Assembly: GCF_001194135.2 (NCBI RefSeq) | Contig: NC_068985.1 | Span: 107,106,880 to 107,170,879, forward strand | Length of the DNA stretch: 64,000 nucleotides | Reading direction: 5' to 3' | From: Octopus bimaculoides | Lineage: Eukaryota | Shown: positions 11,501 to 24,693 of the stretch, piece by piece | How the letters are laid out: each line of letters starts with the position of its first letter | How positions within the stretch are numbered: the first letter of the stretch is position 1 | Position numbers and translations under genes: made by a program | Notes under the pieces: model-generated | What the model saw: the letters and a program-made list of their open reading frames with translations, nothing else | Database searches by the model: none | Told to the model about the DNA's origin: nothing

Positions 11501-13259
11501 ACATCCAGAAAATGTCAGCTGAGTACAGTGGCAGAGTGTAAATCTTACAAGAATAATTAATAAATTCCTGAAGAAAATGTCAGGACAGCAGCATTTTTAA
11601 TGAGTAATTCATCCTTAAACCGTTTTTCCGAAGGCAAATCTTAGAATATTATTATCTTTCTGTCGGACAAAGAAAAGGATTACTGACCCAACCAATCAAA
11701 TGCAGGTGAAAACTAGTAATTACTAACACAGCCTAAATATGTCTACATGTGGTCAAAAATATAGTGACCAACAGGCTGTGGTCAAGCACATGACTAATAA
11801 AGAGAAGACAACATATGTAATATACACACATACACACAGCATGGTTGTATGGTAAGAAGATTACCTCCCAACCACATGATTCCAGGTTTAGTCCCAATGT
11901 GGGGCACCTTGTGCGAGTATTTTCTACTATAGCCCCACGCTGACCAAAGCCTTGTGAGTGGATTTGGCAGGCAAAAACTGAAGGAAGCCCATTGTATGTA
12001 TATATGTCACACACACACATATATATGTATGTATGTATAAGACAGGCTTCTTCAAGTTTCTGTCTACCAAATCCACTCACAAGGCTTTGATTAATCCGTG
12101 GCTACAGTGTAGAAGACACATGCTCAAGCTACCACACAGTGGGACTGAACCCAGAACTTATCTTTCCCTTTTATAAACTATCTTTCCTCCAGGAACACAA
12201 CACAAAACAGTTGTATCAATCTGCAAGATCAGCTGGCTTTATCTTTTATTTGTTTCAGTCACAGGACTGCAGCCATGATGGTGCACCATCATGAAGTGTT
12301 TAGTCATTACTAATCAATTACAGTGTTTATTTTTAAGACTGGAATTTATTTTATTAAGCTCTTTTACTGAACTGCTAAGTTATGGGGATGTAAACAAACC
12401 AACACTGATTTTCAAGTGAATGAGTTGGGTACAAACACAAACACATATATACAGTGGGTTTCCACACAATTTCCAATTACCAAATTCACTCACAAGGAAT
12501 TGGTCAGCCTGGAGCCATAGTAGAAGACACTTGCCCAAGGTTCCACACAATGAGACTGAACCTAAAGCCAAGTAGTTACAAAGCAAGCTTCTTAGCCACA
12601 CAGTCACACCTACTTCATGAGCCATGTCTGTGCCTATACAAAATCTTTCGAGAAAAAAAAACAAGAGTGGGGTCCATCTATTTGACTGGCAAACATTCAT
12701 TCACCAAAACACTTTAACTGCTGAGTGAAGCTATGTCCTGTTTGCCCTCAATTTAGTCTACTACATTTGACTACTTTGTTTAATTTGTTTGATGTTGTAA
12801 CACCTTCACCGAAATCCACTTCAAACTAACTTTCTTCTTCTCTTCACTATGACTCATACGCCTAACAAACTCTTACCAATCCTTCTGCCTCTCTCCCAGG
12901 TACTCTTAACTGCCTACATTTCTCCTTCCAACTACTAAGCTCTAGGACTTGAAAGCAAAGATTTACCCATACTAACCTGATGTACTTGTATTGTAACCCT
13001 AAAAATTAAAAGCCATGTCACCAAAATCAATATATGTGAATCAATATATATATTACACAAAGAAATGAAGGCAAAAATGAGAAAGCTAACAGTCTTTAAA
13101 TAAAAGAATTACCATCATCATCATCATTTAATGTCCATTTTCCATGCTGACATAGATTGGATGATTAACTAGTGCTGGCAAGCCAGAGAGCTGCACCAGG
13201 TTCCAGTCCAATTTGGACATGGCTTCTACAGCTGGATGCCCTTTACAGTATGTGTGCAT

Positions 13260-13520
13260 GCTTTTAATCTGGCACCACACGAGTGCTCTTACATGACACT
13301 GACACAAGTACTTTTTACATTGTACCTGGCACTGGCACGAGTGCATTTTACATAGCATCTGGCACCAACACGAGTGCTTTTTATGTGGCATCTGAATCCA
13401 GCACAAGTGCTTTTTACATGACACCTGGCTCTAGCACAAGTGCCTCTTGCATGACACCTGCACAAGTGCTTTTTACATGGCACCAGGCACCGGCATGAGT
13501 GTTTTTTATGTGGCACCAAA
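13260..13520. repeat. ~30-bp minisatellite within an RTE 3' UTR copy
   Basis: Recurring GGCACC..CAC(G/A)AGTGCTTTTTACAT units. Confidence 0.75.
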
Positions 13521-14259
13521 GGAATAGTCACATATTTTAAGGTTTTCTCTAAAAATACTTTTTGTCAAATTTCTCAACAACAGAATGTGAAGTTCTTTCT
13601 CTACTTGGGTGTATAATATTTGGTAATTACACATATTGCAATAAATATAAGCATTTACCCTAAACAGTTGTTTACAACTCAGACTAGTGACAGTGAATGG
13701 GGTGAATGATGAGAATATGACTGCAATCCACTACTATATGAATGCAAAAAGTACAATCCAATGAGAGAGCCTCTGCAACACTAATTTCTATGGAAATTAA
13801 ATAAGGTTAGCATTGAAAACACAATGCAGTACCAGTCACTAGATATGAACTGCCAATCACTATGTTGGTTCACTTCTAACTATATTGATTTAGCCAGTTG
13901 TACTATTCTTAACCACAATAGATATCAATAAAATTTCTAAAAGTCAATAAGGGAGCTGTTATATGGTCACTAGAACACATTAGAAACATTATGTCTGAAC
14001 GAAAGATGGGATTGTCAGAAATAGAATATCTCTGAACATGGGGCATTTTGATAAGAGTTAACTTGGGGGTTAATCAATAAGTAATGAATGTAACAAGAAT
14101 GTTTGTGGCCCAATCTTTTTCAAATTTATCTTATACATGTATTTATAAAGACTGTGATTGCATAAACAGTTGAGGTCTTCATCCATCCCAAATAATTATA
14201 TATATATACACACACATGCACATTTAGACATACACACATATATATATATATATATACAT

Positions 14260-14320
<61 letters not shown>

Positions 14321-16701
14321 TAATATGAATATATAAAATGAAAGACTGATTACCCGGTTCATGTCAAAACATGTCAAGAATACTGGATCACATCTAAATC
14401 CTCAAGTTAAACAATGCCAACATGGAAAAGAAACTGTTTAGGGAATGTAGATGTAATAAAGGAGGACAAGTGATGGATAGAAAACAAGCCAAAAATTATC
14501 CAGTTACAATTCAAAAATAACCCAGTTCACTTGGCTGTAAAGAGAAACTGTTAGATAGAACAGCATTCTGATGTAGGCAGTAGTAGTACTGTAAATTTGA
14601 CAAGTGTTTCTTTAGTTTGTAGTACTGAATTCAACCTTTCCTCTGCTCTGGAGGTCATGGGAAAGTGAGTTATCCCAATACTCTTCTTCCACTGAGAGAC
14701 ATCTAAACATCTCAGTCAACTTTGCCTTCAAAACCAGACCCTAGCTGTGGTCACAAGTTGCATGTAATGGTTGGTGTGCAACAGTTCAAGCTACATGAAA
14801 TCAATCATAAGCTACATTAAACCATCACAAGATGATTATCTTACAAAGGATTCAATGGAGTGAATAAAGGAAGTTAAGACATTCCCTACTTAAAACTCCA
14901 CAGACTAAATGAGATTTTCTCATTTAGTTAAGACAGAAACTCAATTAGAAAAAAAAAAAAAAAACAATCTGGTCCCAAATATCACAGACAGAAAAGAAAT
15001 ACAATAAAATCACAAAAGTGTAAATATAAATTGGTAAATATAGAATTTTACTTCCTTTACCTAAACAGAAGCTAATGATTCTAAGGGATTAAGGCAGTGA
15101 GCTGGCAGAATTGTTAGCATGCCAGGCAAAATGCTTAATGGTATTTCATCTATCTTCAAGTTCTGAATTTGCCTTTCATCTTTTCAGGGCCGATAAAATA
15201 AGCACCAATTGAACATTGGGGTCGATGTAATCGACTTACCCACTACCCCAAAATTGCTGGTGTTGTGCCAAAATTTGAAATCAATATTTCTAAGGGATCA
15301 AACCACAGTGAAAGGGAATCAACTTAAATGTACCAAATAGAATAACAGACTGAAAACTGACCCAGAAAGGTTTTGAATAACACAGAGATGAAATTGGGGT
15401 TTTGTGTGGCAAGTAGGAATGGGGGGTTTTGACATTCATACCTTTCCACAAAATCATTAACCCTATAATTGCAAAATTAAATTTCATAGTTTTTCCAATG
15501 AAGATGTTAAATATCAAATAAAAAAAATAGAATTGGTATTTTATGCAAGTCACATTGCCTCAACAAACTTGACAAAACAAATCTCAACAGAGAAATAGTT
15601 TCAAACATGACATTCCTCAACAAAAGACGGATTGGTATATAAAACTGCTTTCTGCAGTTAAGGGTAATGCAATTTTGAATGGATATATCTGCTTTCTGCA
15701 GTAAAAGAATTAAAGATATAAAGATATTCCAATAGAGAATTGAAACTAGTTTTGCTGAATAAGTTTCTCAGCTCAAGACTTTGATCTACGATGCTTGCTA
15801 AGTGACAATGAGGATAATAATAATGCTGATGATGATGTTATTGTTCAGCTGCAGGTCAGTTCAGGCTCAGCAAACCTATGATCAAATTAATTTCAGCCAT
15901 GACCAGCCTGTTATTTTTTTTTCTTTAAGGCATATTATTTATTACTACTTTATCTAATGTGTCCTCTTTTGTAAGACAATTTGGTATGATTTGAGAGAAA
16001 TCTAGTGTTTATTTCTAGCAGATTGCATGACCACACAAACTCCCTAATAAACCCATTAATGATGGTGGTAATAGTGGTAGTGATGGTGGTGGCAGTGAAG
16101 ACAGTGATGGTGGTGGCAGTGAAAACAGGGAGGATGATAAAGTCAGGTTTCTTACACAAGCACAATATCAAATTACAGAAAAGAAAAAAGCAGTGAGAGG
16201 TTGCAGGGAATAGGTGATGTTCATGCTTTTATTTAAGAACATCGTCACAAAGCTTCTATCTGAAATTTGAAACCATGTTGTTGGTTCAGCAGATTCAGCC
16301 AAATAGGAAAATTACAGATTACGTTTGTTGTTGATTTTAATCTTAGGTCGGCTCTGATTTAAGAGCCCTGCAATCAAAGATATTCCAGCTATGATAATCT
16401 CATCTCTTATTCAGAGTATCTACAACCACATTATGTAAAGTATCCTTCCTTTAAGACAGTAGCAGGTGTTTTGAAGGAGATTCAGCAACTGTTCCTAGCA
16501 GGCTAAGAAACTATATAGAGACATCTACATCGACTCATTCTTATGATTTTCATAATCAGCCACAAAATACCACAATAAGTTCTACAGTAACACACCGTCC
16601 ACCAATATGTAAAGTACTGTGGGTAGAGAAATATTCAAAGCCTCAAGTAGGTAAAAGTCTGCAGAGGGTACAATCCATCTAATTGTAAATAAATAAGTTT
16701 T

Positions 16702-16948
16702 TTGACCCTTTTGATACCAAACCATCAATGACTAACCCTGGTTCTATGATACAAATTCTTTGTTTTAAAGTGATATAAATTTAAACTTTCATTTAAAATA
16801 CTATTTTAATTTCATTAAAATTCCATGTTAAATTACATTCCATACACAAACTTAATAATAATAATAAAGTTATTTTACTCGTTATTTTGAAAGATAATAG
16901 AAACAAAGGTAGTGTAATTTAGCAGAAATATGGTAACAAAAGGGTTGA
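16702..16948. mobile_element. piggyBac-type MITE with TTGA flanks
   Basis: TIR CCCTTTTG(A/T)TACCA (13/14 match), body 16706-16944, TTGA on both sides; related truncated copy at ~51800-52330. Confidence 0.75.
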
Positions 16949-18622
16949 AATGGAAGAGATACATTAGATAATGTGTTCCTGAAATCAGATATAAAAGATG
17001 AATACATTCCTGAATAAATAAAAGGTGAAATGGTCACAGCCAGAACATCTTTGATCAGAGGAACTCAGTGAGAACTGGTCCACAGTTTAACAATATGTGC
17101 AAACGCACCCACACACAGATCACTTCACTACTACACACCATTCCTTTAGTATTACATTCAGGCTGTCAAAAACTTGTTTCTTCTCTTCCTACTACAACCT
17201 CCTCCTCCCATTTACAGGACTGTACATCCACTGGGATCACCAAGCCTAGTCATCAGAACAGTTGAAAGCGGATATATTTTGAAGGAACCTCTACAATAGT
17301 ATCCCTGACTACAAACCTCTGAGTTTATAGTCAGACATACCAGGAATATGATAGCAAGATAGTTAACTGCAACACTGAATTCAACTATAATGATAAGCAT
17401 AACTTGGAGAGAAATGGATTCAGTGAGTTTGATTAACCATAGGCATACAAAATGCAAAAAGACTGGCAATATTTACATTTTATATACATTTCAATCTAAT
17501 TTTTTTTAAATTGTCTTCTAAATTACAATCAATAAAATTCAGAAAATATGACAAGGAGAATTAGATTATAATGCATTAGACAGAGCCCTTCAATGAAAGT
17601 AAGCACGTGTTGGAAAGTTAAACAAAAAAATGAAGCATGCAAAAAAAAGTTGGCAGAACTGGATAAATAGTGGTAGTATGGCAGTGATGGTATACTGTGG
17701 TGGTTGTGGTAGCAGTCATCGTAGTAGCTTATCCAGCAGACCATTTATTAACCCTTTTTCTGCAGAAATCAGGTATATCCACCTCAAAATTTCATTTACC
17801 CTTAACTGTGGAAAACATTTTTATATACCTGTCTATATTTTGTTCAAGGATGTCAAGTTCGAAACTATTTTCATCGACTGGTCTTCGTGCAGGTGACATG
17901 TAAAAGCACCCACTACACTCTCTGAGTGGTTGGCGTTAGGAAGAGCATCCAGCTGTAGAAACTCTGTCAAATCAGATTGGAGCCTGGTGTAGCCATCTGG
18001 TTCGCCAGTCCTCAGTCAAATTGTCCAACCCATGCTAGCATGGAAAGCGGACGTTAAACGATGATGATGATGATGATGATGATGACATGTCAAGTTTACT
18101 GAGGCAACATGACTCGTAGATAATACCAATTCTATTTTTACGCAGACATTTAACATTTCTGGAATAACCATGAAATTTAATGTTGCAGTTTCAGATATTC
18201 TAGCTGTGATTATCTGGTCTTCTACCCAGACAGCGTATCAGGAAACACAAGATCCATTGTGCTCTTCTCTTTTCAAGACACTAAGTTGTGATTTGCTGGA
18301 AATTTGGCAGCTATTTAGCATGTCAAAAGATCAGATAGGGACACCTTTATTGGATTGGATATCAAGTACATTGTGTGTATCATTTGTTCGTTTAACACCC
18401 ATTTCTCCATGCTAGCATAGGTTGCACAAGGACTTATTTGAGACAGAATTTTATGGTCAGATGCTCTCCCTGCTGCTAATTATTACTTGTTTTATTCCAT
18501 AAATCTTCAAAAGTGCAGAGGGACTGGCTATAATGTCAACAAGGAATGTAAACATCATACCACTTCTTTGCTCAACTAGTGACTAGTAAGACTGTGAAAT
18601 GTGAATATTTGTGCATATATGA

Positions 18623-18654
<32 letters not shown>

Positions 18655-19928
18655 CAGAATTCCATATAGTCTCCATCTATCGAATTTACTCTTAAGACAT
18701 TGATCAGCTCAGGACAATGGTGAAAGACAATTGCCCAAGGCACCGTGTAATGGGACAATCTGAAACCAAGTACTTCAACAGCAAACACACTACCATGCCC
18801 ATTGTACACACACACACACACATCATCATTTAATGCTCGTTTTTTTCATGCTGGCATGGGTTGGACAATTTGAAAAGTGCTGGCAATCCAGAAGACTACA
18901 CCAGGCTTCACTCTCTGTTTTGGCATGATTTTATGGTTGAATGCCCTTCCTAATGCCAACCACTTTACAAAGTGGTCTGGGTACTTTTTACGGTTTTTAC
19001 AGCTGGACGCCTTTCCAAATGTCAACCACTTTACAGTGTGAACTGGATGCTTTTTACATGGCACCAACACCCAACAAAGTTACCAAGTAATTCAAAAGTC
19101 ACACACACATATGTATATACAGACACAAACACAAAGGCATGGCTGTGTGATTAAGATAGAGAGGAAGTAGTAGGAGAAACTTGGTGACAGAGGTAGAATG
19201 AAAGAGAAATGAAAATGAGGAGGAGAAGTGGGCAAATGCAAGGGTGAGGTGAAGGGAAAAACTGAGATGAGAGGAGATTTGAAGGATAAGAAAGGAATTA
19301 CTGAACTAAGTGAAGATGTAGGAGTAGCAGGAAAAAGATTAATTTAAACCTGTCGGTGACATTGTACCTAGTTCAAATATAATGCATCGTATCTTCTGTT
19401 TCTGTGATTATGTAGATCCATGGTATGCGGAGATGTTACAACAGATAAATAATGGAATGGCCTGTTGTGCTAAAAGTGGATGACGACAGGTTGGCCAGAC
19501 AATTTCATTTTATTCTTTCTGTCGATTTTTTTCTATGTGTCTATGCATGTATAAGGGAAGTCATTCCTGACCTGGGTCTACAAACCCCTGGTTGTCAGCA
19601 AAGAAAGTATTAGGGGTCTGTGAATGGAGTTCAAAATTTCTGAATTTGAAAGACCTTTCGAAATCTTGGGATCTGTTTGAAAAAAATTGACTGAAATAAA
19701 ACAGGTCCTTGGAAATAATAAAGGCTGGGAACCACATTAATAGGGGCTCACATGTGTAATATATGAGTTAAATGACATAACCCTCATACATAATAAACAA
19801 AACTTCTGTATGGAAGTGTATATGAAACGGTTGTTTAACTCCGAGTCATTCTTGATGGAGAAGATATATGATCTAAGACATTCTGACCACAACAATCTTT
19901 TCTTTTATTCAGATACAGTGTAGCTAGG

Positions 19929-20291
19929 GTGGAGGCGCAATGACCCAGTGGTTAGGGCAGCGGACTTGCGGTTTCGATTCCCAGACCGGGCATTGTGAGT
20001 GTTTATTGAGTGAAAACACCTAAAAGCTCCACGAGGCTCCAGCAGGGGATGGTGGCGAACCCTGCTGTACTCTTCCACCACAACTTTCTCTCACTCTTAC
20101 TTCCTGTTTCTGTGGTGCCTGTAATTCAAAGGGTTAGCCTTGTCACACTGAACATCCCCGAGAACTACGTTAAGGGTACACGTGTCTGTGGAGTGCTCAG
20201 TCACTTGCACGTTAATTTCACGAGCAGGTTGTTCTGTTGATCGGATCAACTGGAACCCTCGACGTCGTAAGCGACGGAGTGCCAACAACAA
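19929..20291 (+). mobile_element. SINE family A (short deletion in head)
   Basis: TSD GTGTAG(C/T)TAGG at 19918-19928 and 20292-20302. Confidence 0.9.
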
Positions 20292-20714
20292 GTGTAGTTA
20301 GGACTACATTATCCCAAGTGTCCTTCCTTTCTTAGGATGGTAAGTTATGATCTACAGAGTTAACTGCTACTTCTAGCAAGTCAAGCAAACATGCTGAAGC
20401 TTCCTCATCAGCTTGTCACATACCATTTTGACAATGATTTAAGTGACTGATTTAAGCATACACATTCAGTCAAAGCTGATACTTCACTCAACTGCTACTC
20501 AGTCTTCTCTCTTTCTCTCCCTAACACACATACTGAATAAAAGTCAAAACTTTAGAAAGACTGTATATCAGCACCAACAGATAAAACACGAACCGAGAGA
20601 AGATAACAAGCTAAGGATAGAGCCATAATTTTTAGTACAACCCTGACACAGTTTCATATATCTGAATACATGAATACATACAGTCCTATGTATTCGAAAT
20701 AGATGAAACTTATA

Positions 20715-20880
20715 AAAGAGGGAGACCAAGGAAGACTTGAGACAAAGTGATGCAGGCAGATCTGAAGATGTTATACTTGATGAAGGAGATGACAAAGGAA
20801 CATGATAATTGGCAGCATAGTGTGTGGGAGAAGACCCACTTGCCCATCCAGGCATAGCAAAATGGAAGTTAAAATTGTTG
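20715..20880 (+). mobile_element. RTE LINE extreme 3' fragment
   Basis: RGRPRKT*DKVMQADLKML...EMTK...W..V.EKTH, related to the 47550-48130 and 38434-39202 copies. Confidence 0.6.
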
Positions 20881-21181
20881 TGTTTGTGTGTGTGTGTATA
20901 TATATATGCAACAGAATAAAAGTATAGCCAGACAAACAATTGGTTTCTGGTCAGATAATGACATTTATATACTTGTGCAACTTGAAGGTAGAGAAGAACG
21001 TTTCAGGAGATTAAATCACTGTACCAACTCGACTGAAACACTGTTTATAGTCGATCCTCATTTAGATAACCATAACATCTCTGCATTGTCAATTGAAATT
21101 GGAATTTAGACAGGAAGTCAACCTGAGCACCAATTCTTTGTACCTATTATTTTATGTTATCAGACATAATATTACCTAATA

Positions 21182-21330
<149 letters not shown>

Positions 21331-21334
21331 ATAC

Positions 21335-21500
21335 TTTATTTAAAAGCAGCAGAAATATAACAAAAGACTGTTACTCTAAAACTGTCCGATGAACGGGAAC
21401 GTGAAACTCAGAGTAATAGTCTTTTGTTATATTTCTGCTGCTTTTAAATAAATCATATTACTCTACCTGTGGTATTTGAGTACTCTTTTTTCCACCTTGT
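21335..21500 (+). mobile_element. Probable Penelope pseudo-LTR end with 43-bp inverted arms enclosing a hammerhead-like core
   Basis: Arms 21335-21377 and 21410-21452 are 42/43 complementary. The loop region reads ACTGT-CCGATGA-ACG-GGAA-CGT-GAAAC...GTA-ATAGT, followed by AATAAA. Flanked by (TA)n(GA)n. Confidence 0.6.
21381..21420 (+). ncRNA. Minimal type I hammerhead ribozyme-like motif (C at conserved U4)
   Basis: Stem I ACTGT/ATAGT (one G-U), core CCGATGA, stem II ACG/CGT with GGAA loop, GAAA, stem III ACT/AGT with a 3-nt loop, cleavage triplet GUA (cut after 21415). Confidence 0.5.
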
Positions 21501-23429
21501 TGCACATTTCATGTGCTTACTCCGGTATATATATATATATATTAGATGTGTGTGTGCAATTACAAACACTCATAACTTCCTCCCCTTTAGTCTATACCAA
21601 TGAGCTCATTTTGACAGCCTTTCACTCCTCTCATACCCAAATCCCTCACCCCTTATCTTTCATTCCTTCCATCACACATCCCAATCACTTACCCATCTAT
21701 TGTTGCCCTTATGACTGTCACTCATGTCCTTTCACCTATACCTTTATCTGTCTTGCTTCCTATTACTCATCTTTCAATTGCTCCCTCCCCTTATCAATTT
21801 GCACCATGCTGTCGTGTGACTACAAACAACAGTGGACTGTCTTCTATTTGCCATACATTGCATTCTTTCATCCATGCTTATTGCTTATCTCTCAATTACT
21901 CCCTCCCATTCTCAACCCTCAATGTCTTATACTGCCAATGTGACTGAAGATGGCAGTGGGTCTCTTTTGCTCACCATACATTGCTTCCAGTCAGTGTAAT
22001 TAATGATGCCACTGCACCTATTCTGTTCCTCCCCATTACTTCTTTGTGCCACCCTCTAGTACAGAACCCACATACTTTGCATTCACCATGCCACCATCCT
22101 CTTCAATCAACCCTTCCAACCCACCTCATAACCTATGTATAGATACCTCCCACCTGAATCCACTCACTCTGCCACTATCGGCCTGTCTTCATCACATTAT
22201 GTCAATCTGTCTGCCAGCTTACTCCTGTTTCTTTCCTTTCACACATCCTGAGCCTAGCCTTTATCAACACTCAACCTCCTGTGTTACATGGACTATGGTC
22301 ACTTTTTTGCCATCTCAGTAATATTCAGAATACTGACATGCTTATCACTTCTCTTTCTATCACTATCATCATGCTTCTCATTCTGTAAAGAGGTTTTCAA
22401 GTAGAGATATATGTAGTTGCAAGGTCCCTTCAGTCATATCAAGGACAAGGCTACCTCTCTAGTGTCAATAAAACTACACCCAGTGCACTCTTAAGAGTGA
22501 AGTTGTGAGGAAACTTTAGTCATATCAAGAACATGACACCTCTAAGTGACTCAAAAAAATGCACTCAGTACACTCAGATATATTTTGTCATCATTTTAAC
22601 ATCCATTTTTCTGTGTTGTATGGGTCAGATGGAACTTGTTGAGGCAGATTTTCTACATCCACATGTTCTTCGTGAAACCAATCTTCACCTATTTCCAAGC
22701 AAGGCAATATTTTTCTATGGTCCATGATCAGACATGTCATGGAAGTTTGGAAATGAAGGACACTGTTTGTATGATGGTGACTTGTTTACAACAAACAGAC
22801 AATATCAACACACACACCATATTCTCTCCAACTTACACTTCATCAACTGGTGTACCTCAAAGTTTCATGTCTTTCACACTATTCCACTCCACACATAAAC
22901 GACCTTATTGCTGTCACTTCTAACCAAACACTCCTACACAGATGATATTAACTTTCACTCCATCTATATCTTCCACTGATAAATGTCATATACATGCAAA
23001 CAAGATATGCATAGCTTCTTTGAACAGATTTCTCAAAAACATTCTCGATGGAACATAACCTAGTCTCATTCAGCAGCTCATAGTCACAATCATTACATTT
23101 ATCAAAAATAAAAACAGTCATGCCCTTCACCCTTTCAACACAAATGGCACAGAACTAATACATTCAATGCTACAACAAATGCTAATGTTTACAATCTCTG
23201 ATGATCTTTCATAGCAATTCAACATATATAACATCTCCAAAATGTATCTCCAGAGCCAGAATATAATTCAGCTTTAACTAGTTGCTGATTTACTACAAAA
23301 TTTAACACATTTGATACCAATCTGCTTAAGACTACCCTTCATTTTATCATACAAACTTCATGTTTAAAAAAAATCAAAATTCAAACCTTTTATGAAAATT
23401 TCTAAGTTAACAATGGCCAAAGACATGGA

Positions 23430-23860
23430 TGTGAGTGTAGCAGTACTCCAGATGTGGGAACAACACTCCATTGTAGGCTTCATCTAAGAGTATCAGTACT
23501 TACTAGGAGATAGAGCATTTCGTGGTCTTTCCTTCAGAGACAGGGTTTGAAATATGATCCTAGCTATATGAAAGATGTACTTTTGCAAGGAAGGGCCCCA
23601 GCTTTAAGTAAGGTATAATATCAGGATCACTCACGAGGGATTTAGTTGCATGCTGCTCATGCTTAAGGGAGGAAGAATTGTCATGAGGCATCCTTGATAT
23701 GAGGAGTGCTTGTGTCATTTTGCTGTTGAAAGAGAGGAGATTGGAATGTCCTAATTGGAAGATGCTTTAGAAGTGTCTGTTCATGGGATTAGGCCTGGTT
23801 CGACATGTGGTGTCTAAGTTACATAGTGCAGATGCAACGTTTGGAGGAAAGTAAGGAGAG
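23430..23860 (-). mobile_element. Degenerate CR1/Jockey-type LINE ORF2 fragment
   Basis: PTMECCSHIW (23477-23448) resembles the RPTMEYCSHIW motif; VASALCNLDT near 23810-23850 resembles the pre-RT helix. Heavily decayed. Confidence 0.45.
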
Positions 23861-24633
23861 AAGGAAGAGTAGCATCATTTGCATAAAAATATGAGTTGTT
23901 GGACAGAGTTGGCATTATTGAATTGAGCAGACCTATAATCAAAGACGTCCCAGCCATGACCATCCTTTTTTTTTTTTCATATTTAGAATTACATCGTTCA
24001 ACAAGTGCTTCTATTTTTCTTTTTTTAAGACTGCAGGCCAGTGGTTTTCAACGTTTCTGTGACCTTATCACACAATATCCTAAGGCTCACAATACCTTTG
24101 TTTTGCTTCAGTAAAGAAAATACAAGTTTCAGAGGATAGCTCGTGACAACCTACTAACTACTGTCTACAATACCTTAGGGTGTCGCCACATTCAATTGGA
24201 AACCAGAGCTAGAGTGTATATTTTAAGGAAAATTTGACTGCTATTTTTAGCAGTTCGAACAATCTTAAAGAGGCTCCCACGCCAGTTGTCACTAAACATG
24301 GTAAGATTTTTAGACTGGGCACTACCATTCTGCCACACCACGTTCTTAATAACAACAGTAGTAATGCGATAATAATGTTCAACTTTATTACATTTTTACC
24401 TTGTTTACAAAGATACGAAATAAATATATAAATAAGACAACTTGAGAGAATAAGTTGTGAAGTTCATACCTTTCCTAAAATACACAGATGACAATATTAA
24501 CTAATGATTTACTTAGCCAATAATCAAAGAAACAGGTTTCGTGAGAATTAGGTTGTAGAAGGCGATGAGAGAGGGAGAGAGATGATGAAAGTGAGAAACG
24601 ATAAGATAAAAGAGAATAATGAAGAAAGGAAGA

Positions 24634-24693
<60 letters not shown>

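Noticed and set aside
13283-13498. ORF with 10-aa repeats (GTGTSAFYIAS...)
   Set aside because: In-frame reading of a 30-bp minisatellite inside an RTE 3' UTR copy; no splice or homology support.
21476-22321. Pyrimidine-rich ORFs of 78-155 aa next to the hammerhead-like hairpin
   Set aside because: Low-complexity sequence, possibly very old PLE debris, with no motif I can support.
24039-24208. Possible hAT MITE starting CAGTGGTTTTCAAC
   Set aside because: Right TIR is degenerate and no 8-bp TSD is visible.
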